Source: an uncultured Planctomycetaceae bacterium (GTDB lineage: Bacteria > Planctomycetota > Planctomycetia > Planctomycetales > Planctomycetaceae). From it: a stretch of 64,000 nucleotides of DNA. Below, one piece after another: positions 53,749-64,000 of the stretch. The first letter of the stretch is position 1; the number at the start of each line of letters is the position of its first letter. Where the stretch lies: NCBI GenBank assembly GCA_963815195.1, contig CAWFGE010000009.1, positions 1 to 64,000 on the forward strand, read 5' to 3'. The translations under genes were made by a program, and so were the position numbers. Below the pieces are notes generated by a model. That model had not been told where the DNA came from and did not search any database. It worked only from the letters and a program-made list of their open reading frames with translations.

Positions 53749-56700
53749 GAGCAACCTTTAAGCTCATCCGTCGAAGCTACGCGCTTCCATCGGAGTCGGG
53801 CCAAACACGTGAAAAAACGTCTTCGAGTATCGGATCGTTGTTGTCTAGTGGGCACCAATCGTCGGGCGGGGTAGCAGATTCAATCTCGTCCCACGTTCGT
53901 TCCTGGAGTTTCTTCCAATCATCATATTCCCATCCAGAGTAAGAAACGAAGCTGGGCGTGGGCCACCTCGTTCGGGCATCGATGCGTCGTTCTCGAAGCC
54001 TCTTGCCACGATTCCATCCGTGTCGCAAGTACTGGCATAGAGTTCGGACAAGTGCCTCCATAAAGGCCTCACGAAGCTTTCCCTTGCTGTCTGCGTCAAC
54101 ATAGAAGGCTTCCTCGAACTGCCTTAGTGCGAGAAATTTTGCATCGTCTGCGCCTGCTGTCTGGCGCAGACTGCCGAACATTTCACCAAAAGACTCACCC
54201 CCTCTCGACATTACAAATGCAAACGCATCATCATAGCCCAAGCGTTGGACTAATGAACGAAACCTCTGTTGCCAATCTGAATTCCAAGCTTCCATCGCCA
54301 TGTCAATCCTCAATCAGCGTAGGGCAGGATCGGCACGTCCCTCAGTCCCATTTCTCGCATGAACCTGTACCCTTCCTTCCAGATTTCCCTCGGTGTCAAT
54401 TGTCGACCCGCCTTCAATTCGGCAGCCGCGAGTCTTTCCATCATTCGTTCGTTCCACTTCATCGTGTGTAAAGCCGAGTGGGTTCCTTGGTCAAGAGCAA
54501 CGGTGACTTTATCGATGTCAAAGCCGCGATTTCTGAACCACTGACGATTCTCCTGGGGAAAGATGTGGTGACGCGGGGGACGCGCGCCGCCAGCACCAAC
54601 CTTGTTCGTGATTCGCAGATTACGTTTTGCTAATTGCTCCGTGACGTCGTCGGGATATACATTGTGCACTAACGCGCCCAGTTGGCCCACCCGATAGACA
54701 TGCTCTCCCCAGATTTCCAGGTTGTAAACAATCTTCGGCCCGGCCCGGGGCGTGATGTTGGTGATGCGGCAGATCCCGTGCAGGCGCGTGTGGACCTGTT
54801 CGCCTTCTTTAAGCACTTCGGCCGGGACGAATTCTTGGCGGTCTTCGGACCACCACAGGTGGTTGGGGGTGGTGCCGATTTTATCCTGGCCGTCGATTTC
54901 GATGTCTAGGATGCGGTCTACATGGTGGCGGAAGATGCCGGTGACCAGCGGCCCTTTGCCGGGAGCGGGTTTGGGACAGGAACTCATCGAAAGCACTTCG
55001 GCTAAGCCGACGACGCCCATTTCGGGCATTGATAGAGGGACCGATGTGCCGGGTTTAGCGTTCGTGGCCGCGATCCATTCCGGGGAACGCGCTAGCTCGA
55101 AATCGATTTCTCCGCCTTCGGGTTTCGGAAGGCGGAAATGAATGAGCTTCCAAGTTTTGGGATCCGGTTGCGGCAGATGGGGATCGACCTCCAAGCGCAC
55201 CGGATTGCGGCTTTCCGTTCGGTCAAAGATCTTGACTTCGCCGATGGGCTTGGTGTGCGGCCCGCTGCTTGGCAATAGAAATGCGAGCGCCAACAGCCCC
55301 GTCACTATCCCGCCCGTCACGCCGGCCCAGGCGCGGGGAATCCACTTGGGCGGTTTGTTTTTCTTTCCCGAATCTCTCGGTTTTGGTTTCGACTTGACAG
55401 GCGCTTCCATTGGAACGGCTTCCAGATTCGCAATCGGTCGGGAAATCAGCAGCGGGCCTTGCTCCAGTGTATCCAGCAAATGGTTTTCCGTGAACTCCCG
55501 AAAGACTCCAGCATGGGCGATTTCGTCTGCGTTATCTCTTGGGGGACTCGCTACTTCACCCGCGAAGGCCGGTTGCAATTGCGGCGTGCTCTGGCCGGGG
55601 AAGAGTTTGTCGAACAGTTCTTCCAACTTGGCGAGTAGATCGCCGAAGGGCATGAAGTTCGTCAAGCTGTTCGCGAAGGGGTCGAACTCTTCGGGCAGGT
55701 CTTCACCGATCCCCAGCGATTTTCCATAGCGTTTCTTCCACTGGGCGTAAGCCATCGGGCTTAATATCAGAATCCCCAAGGCGGTGACGACCAGGAACAC
55801 ATTCATCTTCTCGCCGCCCTCGCCGTCGAGGTGCACCTCGGTCTCATAAACGAAGCAACCCCTTCCCGTAAAGATTTTGCGGATGGGGCAGGGCAAGAGC
55901 TCGGCCACCGCTTTGCCGACCGCCGGGAGTTTGAGGAACTTGCTCACTGGCCGGGCGATGAACGCGGCCGCTTTGAACAAGCCCTTCCCCACGAAGCCGA
56001 CAAGTTTCCCGAACCCCGCAGCAACCGGCGTGAAGGAGAACGCCAGCGTCATCGTGCCTTCAAAATACCGGCCGCGAGCGAAGTAAATCGTGGCGTTAAC
56101 TCTTTCGATCCAGTTGCTGATCGCCGTCCCCACGACCGGCACAAACGACACCGCCGTTGCTATGAAGTGTAGTTCGTTTTGCAACACGTCCAGCACGTAC
56201 TCGTTGGACTCCTTGATGAACGTGCCCACGAAGATTTCGGTGTAGTGCAATTGCTGGTTTTCGAGTGTCTCGATCTTGGCGGACTTCTCCAAGTCGTATT
56301 GGTCTTTGAGGGCCTGGGAGTCGGCTATCACGAGCGACATCGTGGCCTGGTTGGCGTTCACGCGGTTGGCCACGTCGCGTTCGGCGGCGTCTTTTTGCCG
56401 ATGGGCCTCGGCGGATCCGTCCGCCTCGCGGGCCCGCAGGTCGCGCTCGGCGGAGGTCAGATCGTGCTTGGCCTGCGCCATCGCCCGGTTCGCCTGGGCC
56501 TGGGCCTGCTGCAGCGCCAAGGTCGCCTGGTTTTTGATGTCCTGAAGGATCGCTTGGCCTTCGGTCTGCTCTTCGGTCAAGTCGGCAATCGCCTTTTGCA
56601 GCATGTCGGTGACGTCGGCCTTTTCCGCCGCCAATATGGCGAGCGTCTCCGTCAGCGCCGCTTGCAGATCCTGTTTGAGTTCCTGGAGCGACTGTTCGGC

Positions 56701-57010
56701 ATCCTTGGTCAGCGAGAGGAAGCGGCCGAGGGGGGCGACCGGCAGGGCCGGGTCTTCCACGAACGGCGAGCGGTTGTACTCGGCTAACACGCCGATGACC
56801 TGGGCGCTGATCGTGGCCAGCGAGCCGAGTTCGGTGCCGGTATAGATCTCGCCGATCATGTCGTAGGCGTCGAGCGAGCCGTTGATGTCGTTCCAGACCC
56901 ACACGTGCCAGATGCTGCCGTAGCCGTCGTTGGGGTCGGGATCGGCGGAGGGATCGCCCCCGGTGCCCGCCGTGGCCCAGCCCATAAACGACCCGTAGGT
57001 CACCAGATAG
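51405..57010. repeat. ~2.35-kb direct repeat pair (51405-53748 and 54661-57010)
   Basis: Near-identical sequence ending at CCAGATAG in both copies, with scattered substitutions. Confidence 0.9.
53777..54301 (-). CDS. Putative immunity protein for DUF2380-like toxin
   Basis: Follows main toxin stop; AWNSDWQQR..LGY..EALVR..PPDDWCP..DPIL. Confidence 0.7.
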   Translation of the reverse strand: MAMEAWNSDWQQRFRSLVQRLGYDDAFAFVMSRGGESFGEMFGSLRQTAGADDAKFLALRQFEEAFYVDADSKGKLREAFMEALVRTLCQYLRHGWNRGKRLRERRIDARTRWPTPSFVSYSGWEYDDWKKLQERTWDEIESATPPDDWCPLDNNDPILEDVFSRVWPDSDGSA

Positions 57011-60000
57011 ATGATGTTGTCAAAGGCGTACAACTGGGCGTCGATCGTGCCCACGGCCCAGGCGCTGAGGTCGTCCCCGGCGGTGATGTTCCCCGACAGC
57101 GTGCCGTAACTGATGAGGTACACGTCATCGCCGGCGGAGCCGAACGCGGTGAGGGCTTGCGTGGCCATCAACTGGGCCAGTCCGTCCACGTCCATGTTGG
57201 TGACGCTCAAGAAGCCGAAGCTGGTGGCGTTGAAGTTGCCGCCCGCAGTCACGTCGGCCGTGACACCGAGCCCGAAGAGTTCCACACTCCCGCCCGCGAT
57301 GATCGTGATATCCAGGAAACCGCCGATGCTGGCGGCCAGCACCTCTTTGGCGGCGCTCGCATCCACGTCCGCATTGCCGTTGCTGAGCACTGTCACGGAC
57401 TCGTTTGTGGAGGTGAGCGAAAGCGAGGTCAGCCCAGCCTCCGACCAGGCGAACACATCATCCCCGGCGGTGGCGGTCGTGGTGGTGATCTGTCCCAGGG
57501 CGAACAAGTTCAGAGTGCCACCGACCGAGATCTGCATGCTGTTGATGGCGTCGAGCGATCCCACGTCCGCCGATCCGCCCGCCGTGACGGTCCCGGTGAG
57601 CGAACCCGTGGCGAAAACGTCGGCTTCGCCGGCCGTGGCGATAATGTCCCCGTTGTAGCTGCCCATCACATTGACCGAGGCGGACTGGCCGGCCGAGACG
57701 CTGCCATCCGCATCGCCGAAGGCCAGGAGGTCTGCGAAATCGCCCGCATCGATCGTCCCGGAGTATGTGCCCAGCGCAGTGACGGAAGCCGAGCCACCCG
57801 CGGTCACGTCGGATTCCAATGTCTGCCCGTAGGAAGCCACGGTCGCATCGCCGCCGGCCGAGACATTCCCGGTCAAATCGGACAGGGAGACGACGTCCGC
57901 ATCGCCGCCCGCGTTGACATCGCTGCTAAGGTTGCCGACAGTCGTCACGGTGGCCTTGCCCGTGGTGGCGGTGACGGTTTGGGACAACTCTCCGAGCACC
58001 CAGACGTCCGCGTTCCGTCCGCCCGTGACCGTGGCCGTCAAATCGGAGTATACGGTGACGGTGGCATCCTGGCCTGCCGAGACGGAGGCCACCGCCATTG
58101 AATACACGGTCACGTCCGCATCCTGGCCCGCCGTGACGGGATTGGAGAGTTGGCCGAAGGACCACACGCTCGCATTGCGGTCCGCGTCCACATTGGCTCC
58201 GACCTCCCCCCACACGGTCGCGTCCGCATCGCGGCCCGCATCGATCGCCCCCGACAGATCGGAAAACGTCCACACGGAAGCGTCCAAGCCGGCCGTCACG
58301 TCGCCGTCGACGTTTCCGCCGGCCAGAACACTGGCGGATCCCGCCGTGGCGGTGACATTCCCGGAAACAACAAGGATTGCGGAAGCGGACGCATTCCGCC
58401 CGCCCATGACATCCGCACTGATGTTTTGCAGCGCGACCACCAAGGCATCCCGGCCGGCCGTGATGGCGGCATTGGAATCGGCATGGGTGGTCAAGGACGC
58501 ATCGCGGCCTGCATCGATCGTCCCTGCTGCACTGACCGTGCCTTTGGAGAACACCGAAGCGTCCTGTCCAGCGTCAACCGCCGCCTGGAGGGCGCCAAAC
58601 GTTGAGCACGTTGGCATCGCCCATTTCTGCGGTCACGGCGGCCGTCACATTGCCAAAGGCGAACACGCTGGCATTTGCGCCGGCCGTCACGGATTTCGTA
58701 AGTTGTGCGGAGGTTGTGACCGTGGCATCTCCCGTGACGGCGGTGATCGTGCCGGAAATATCGCCATCGAGCGCCGCGCACGGTGGCATCCGTCCCACCC
58801 TCGATCGTCGCCGAAACCGCTTTGCCAGCGAGCACGCTCGCGGATTCCGCGGCGTTGACCGAACCGGCCACATCTCCTTTGGCGGCGACGCTCGCGGAAC
58901 CCCCGGCGGACACGGTGCCATTGAAATCTGCCAGGGAGATCACATCCACGCCGCTTCGATCGGACGTGTATGTGCCCGTGGTGGCGGTTTCGTCCTCGGC
59001 GAGCGACCCGGCGTCGATGTATTCCCGCGCTGGAAGGTTCCGGTCAGATGGTTTTGAGCGAAAACGTCCAGCCCCCCCTGGTAACTCCGCACATCCAAAT
59101 CCACGGTGTCCAAACCGGTGATCGTGATCTGATCGCGGGCCCGGACTTTGCCGTCGAGCGTGCCGAACACGACAAGCGTGGCTTCTTGGGGATCGCTGCC
59201 GGAAGACGAGGACGAACCGGCACAAGCCTCCAAATTCGCGTTCCCTCCCGCGAACACGTTGACGGAACCTTGTTGGGCGATGCCGACCGTGCCATCGTTG
59301 ATGTTCGTCGCACGGAAATGCCGACATCCCCTTCTTTGGATGTAATGTTGGCCTTGAGGTCCGTCGCTCCGGTGACGCTGGCATCCTGTTGGGCGGTGAT
59401 GGTCGCTCCGCTGATCGTTTTATTTCCCCAAAGCGATGCGCTCCCGGCGTCTGGAGGTGATCGTGATATTGGAAACGGTATCCCAACCGGTCACGGAAGC
59501 GTATTGCCCCGCCTCGACTTCCCCACCGCTCAGTTTCCCTTGGGCGATGATGGTGGCATTCCCGGCGGCGTCCGTCTTGGCATCTGTGACCGTTCCAAAC
59601 GCCTCAATTTGGATATCGCCCGAGGATGTGACGGTGGCCCTGTGATCCCCGTGCACGGTCATGCTGGCGACAGCGACGAAACCGGGCGGTGGTGGATCAG
59701 TGCCCTCGGTGCCTGCGTTGATCGTGCCGCTCAGATTGCCCCAGACATCCAAGCTGATACTTCCGGAAGCATTCAGCGTAGCATTCAAATCGCCCATCAC
59801 GAGCGCATTGATGTAGCCATTCTGCCCGTGACGCTGACGCCTTGTTCGACCGATTCCCAAGAGGTAATATCCACAAACCCGCCGGCTGTGATCGTGGAGT
59901 CTTTTATCCCCTCACCGACTTCGATGGAGATTGCACCTTCATCTGCCGTGACGTTCCCATTCAAGTCGGCCCAACTCTTTACGGCGACGCCACCGCTCGA

Positions 60001-63000
60001 ATGAACCGTGCCGGTGATCGACTCCAGCGCACGGTTGCGATCCAGGACTCATCATCACCTGTGGTGGTCAAGTCGCCTTTCATGGCCCCGTACGTCATCA
60101 AGTCAATCGACGTATTTGCGGTAATGTCAGCAGAGGAGTCCCCCACGGCTTTCACCGTGACCGAATCCGCATTGGTGATGGTGCCCTTTAATGCATTGGA
60201 TTCAATCTTCACCTCCCCATCGGCCTGCGAGTTGAGATCCACGTCTCCCGCCGCGTAGACGGTGAGTTCGCCGACGTTACTCCCAATGTTGGTGTTGCGG
60301 ATCCCGTCATAGGTAACGAGTTCGACTTTAGAAACGAGATACTGTTCGCCATACGAGGGATTGATGTCGGGAGCCTCAATGGTATCTTTTGCGATCAGCC
60401 AGGCCTTTCCGACAAAGCGCAACTTTTTGACGTCCATCTTGCCCGTGCTGAAGACAAATGGCGAGGAAGTGGCAGCTTCGATGAGTTCCGTGCGGATGTA
60501 ATTGCTCTCCACCGTGGCAGTTATTTCTGCTTCGACTTTGGATGTAATGGTTCGCATGGCCTGGTCCGTGACGGACCCTTTCTTGCTGATCACGTCGCCC
60601 TTGGAGTCTTGATACGCCCAAATGTTGGTGTCGCCTTCGCCTTGCACTTTCTTGGTGACGGATCCCCACGAAATCACTTCGACGCTCCCCGCTTTTCCGA
60701 TGACATCGCCCGTTACGGAACCGTAGGCTGTGATGATGACGCCGCCCCCATTCGCGGTCACGTTGTCGCTCACCGTATCCCAGGATTCAAGAGTGATCGA
60801 ACCCGTTTGGGAAACAATTTCGCCTTCAATCGGTCCCAGGGCCCAGACCACCCCCAGGCTTCCGCCGGCCTCAATCCCGTTGGAGATCTTGCCGAACACC
60901 GTGACGTCGCCGATGTTGCCACCCGCCTTGATGTGGCCTTCAATTTGCCCCTCGATCCCGAGAAAGGGATATTGTCCGGTTTGGGCCGCGTATAAGACCC
61001 AGGCCTCTTTGACCCGGTAACCATTCCAAACCCGCCTGCGGCAGGGCGTCATTGCTGTAAACGGATTCCTGGGCGGAAACCACCATTCCCCCAAGGCCAG
61101 AATTGCTCCGATATTTCCCGTCGCAGAAACGTCGTTTTTGATGCTGCCGCCGCGGGAGGTTCCCGAAGTGATTTCCCCAATATCTTCACCCGAATTGACG
61201 CTCGCGCCAATATTCCTTACCGGCCTGGACGAGCCCGATATCTCCTGAGGTTGTTTTAATAGTTCCATTGATGTTTCCGGCGGTCGATGTGATGCCAGTC
61301 AATGTCTGCGCATCCGCATCGCTTCCGATCCGCTCGTCCGCCGAAATCGACCCGTTAATATCATAAGTCGCTGAGATCGAATCGATGTTGTTTCCGGCAG
61401 AGATCTCGGCATTGATGGATCCAAAATAGGCCGTCACGCTTCCAGAGATCCCTCGGAGGCGGTGATGGTGCCCGTGATGGACCCAGATCCCGTGTAGCCT
61501 CCGTACCCGCCCGCTTCGATGGCGTCAATATCCGTCTGGGCCGTGATGGTGGCATCTTCGATGGAGCGGTCGGCGTCCACGGACGTGATTTTCCCCGCCG
61601 TGCTTTCAATGGTCGGGGAACCTGCAGAACCTGTAATGGACCCGCCGGTCACCAGGTAGGCGGCCGCCTCAACCTCGCCAATGTCGCCCACCGCGCTGAT
61701 AGTCGAATTGGTAATATCTCCGCCGCGGCGAATCAAAAATCGTCCCCGAGGATCCACCGGCACAGCCGGCTTGCACTTTGGCAATGCCGCCCGTGTCGGC
61801 CATAATATCCCCGGTCAGGTTCCCGCCCGCGGTCACATGATCGGTAATGGACACCGCGCGGATGCTTCCCGTAATGTCCCCACCGGCCTGTACATACTGA
61901 ATGTCTCCCCGGCGGTAATCGTGCTTTCGATTTTCTGGTCCGCATCGACCGTATCGATTGTCCCGCCGGCCGTAATGTCGCCCGTCAAATCGTCATCCGC
62001 ATCGACGGTAGTGATGTTTCCATCCGCATCGACCGTCATGGTGAGATTGCGTCCAGAATCGAGCGTACCGATCCCGCCGGTCACATCGATGCTGCCGGAA
62101 AGATCGAGCCCGGCGGTGACGGAGGTAATCCCCGCACCCGAACCAGTCGTGGATATTATCGCATCGACAGTGCGTCCCGCGGTAATTGTCCCAATTGACG
62201 TCCCCGCAGTGATTGTCCCGCGGACATTCCTGGTGGCGGAAACCGATCCCACCGCGTCACTGGCCGTGAGGCTCACACCGCTTCCGAAATCTCGCACTGG
62301 CCGAGGTCACATCTCCGTCTGTCGCATCGAGTGAAGCGGTCAAAGTTCCACCGGCGTCCACCGAAACAGACGCCGCAGTGATGGTGCCATCAACATCCCG
62401 TCCGGCGGTGAGGCTCAATCCTCCGTAGCCTCCGTACCCACCCGAGGAACTGCTGCCGTCCGCCGTCAAGTCCGCTTTGCTGTCCCACCCGACCGTCACC
62501 GAGTTGATATAATTCCCGGCGTGGATCAAAGCCGTGCTGTCGATATTGTCCGCCACAGTGATGGTGGAGATATCGCCGGCGGCATCAACCGTCCCCGCGA
62601 CGCCGCCATACGCCTCGACTTCCTCGATGTCCCCACCCGTCGCCTTCACGCTGCCTGCAGACGTCAAATCGCCGTCCACGTGCACTCCTTGATATATCGT
62701 CCCGCCTGCCTGCACTTGAGCGCTGATGTCCCCGCCAACCCAGACGGCAAAGTCGCCCGAATTGGGATCCCCAATGTCTCCCCCGGCGGTCAGATTCGCG
62801 CGTGATGTCCGTATTCACGTGCGTGTTGAATATGGCCCCTCCCGCATCCACTGTGCTATCCAGGACGTATAGGCTGAGGTCGCTGATATCTCCTGTAGCA
62901 TCCACCGATTGGGTTTGCCTGGCGGTGAGGGAGCCAATATCTCCGCCAGCGGTCACAGTCCCGATCTGACCGAAGCCACTTGCCGAAGACCAGCATCCGC

Positions 63001-64000
63001 CATATCCGCCATAGGCGCTGGCGGAGGTGACATCGCCCGTGGCCGTGATATTGCCGATGTTGTCGGCGGACACAGAAACGTTGAGCCCGGAAACGTTTGT
63101 GACATTCCCACCTGAGAAAACAGAAACATTCCCGCCCGCCGAGACGTCATTGACAATGTCCCCGTCCGCACTGAGGGACAAGTCGCCGCTGGAGCTGCCA
63201 TTCCACGTGAGTTGTCCGCCGGAAACACTCACGCCCACATCGGAACCGCTTCCCGAGACGGTGACGGTTTGCCAGCCCCAATCATCGACATAGACCGTGT
63301 CACTGCCCGTATTCGTGACAAGGAGCAGGCCCGGTCCTGCCCAAGATTCGCCGGCGTCCAACTGAAGATCCTCCGGGTCTGTGGCCAATTCGGGCCGTTG
63401 CAAAGAACAGACCAATTCGACCTGATAGGGGCCACTCGTGGTATATCCGTCGGTAGTCACGAATTCGAAACGTCGTCCCGCTTCCGGTATAGCTGAAGGT
63501 GCCGTCCGGGCTGAGGCTCACCCCGTTCGCCGAACCGTAGATTTGTGCGGTAACATGATCTCCGTCCAAATCCGTCTCCACATCCAACACATCCCCTGTA
63601 ATAGTTCCTTCCAACGCTCCATAGCCATAGCTGCCATAACTTCCGACTGTCTCGAAATAATCCTGAGCGACGGCCCGCCAGGGGCCGACAGAAAGCGAGT
63701 TGTCAACCTGTATATCGACGGTTTGGGTGGAGCTAATACTGCCCTGAGGATCGAGGACGTGAAAGGTAAAACTGTCGCTGCCCACATAGCCGGGTGTGGG
63801 CGTATAGTCGAGATCTGCCGTCGTCGTTAAGCGCGAGACTTCCATGGGAAACGTCCGTGTCCAGCACGGCTTTGAGCAACGTGCGAACCTCGTCAGTGGC
63901 GTCCTTTAAGAGGCCCTGACCAGGGCCGACGCTGAGCGACTGGTCATGATATACATTGTAAGATTGGTTGCTGGCTGTCGGCACATTGTTATTGACGGTG
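54310..64000 (-). CDS. Giant polymorphic toxin (5' end outside window): Ig/cadherin-like repeats, long beta-helix-like G/A/D/S/T/V repeats, coiled coil, PT-TG-like, split Hint, DUF2380-like tip
   Basis: YTPTPGYVGSDSFTF repeats near 63.3-64 kb; VTAGGxAxV-type repeats continue across indel-split frames; tip HHIFPQE.RQWF..RG.DID..TV.L....H..LH. Confidence 0.85.

Noticed and set aside
53749..53858. N-terminal extension of ORF 51072..53858 as a real start
   Set aside because: It overlaps the immunity gene, and homology to the main toxin stops at 53748.
51405..57010. 2.35-kb repeat as an assembly duplication
   Set aside because: Copies differ by many substitutions and small in-frame indels and end in different toxins.
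148..64000. Widespread frameshifts as programmed recoding or mass pseudogenisation
   Set aside because: Single-base indels hit all gene classes, including ABC genes and IS21, which fits long-read error; cannot be resolved without reads.
1..64000. tRNA, rRNA or att-site duplications
   Set aside because: None recognised by eye; a tRNAscan/Infernal and repeat search is needed to exclude them.

Overview
Accessory-rich bacterial window, probably Planctomycetota judging from the gene families. Many ORFs are split by single-base indels, likely long-read errors. Left to right: (1) a glycosyltransferase and a stand-alone Hint/ParB-like toxin-immunity pair (0.1-3.8 kb); (2) a decayed defence island with ISL3 and JetD remnants, a Dam methylase-HerA-NurA operon, xseA'/xseB, a nuclease-TPR-GreA/B-C-PIN protein and a DUF5131 gene cleanly interrupted by an IS21 element (3.9-17.8 kb); (3) a capsid-less integrative element with a large serine recombinase, DUF2924, primase-helicase, origin-like repeats and a sigma-70 factor (17.9-33.3 kb); (4) an operon of Cys-motif beta-propeller proteins and a peptide/nickel-type ABC transporter behind a possible leader ORF (33.7-44.0 kb); (5) GT2/sulfotransferase genes (44.4-46.8 kb); (6) a giant (>9.7 kb, runs off the window) repeat-rich polymorphic toxin followed by three swappable toxin-immunity cassettes (46.9-64 kb). 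The most unusual signal is that the toxin's Hint (intein-like) domain is split by a ~185-aa insert carrying two transmembrane helices. This suggests a membrane-tethered precursor released by auto-cleavage or splicing. All family calls come from motif recognition by eye; no searches were run.
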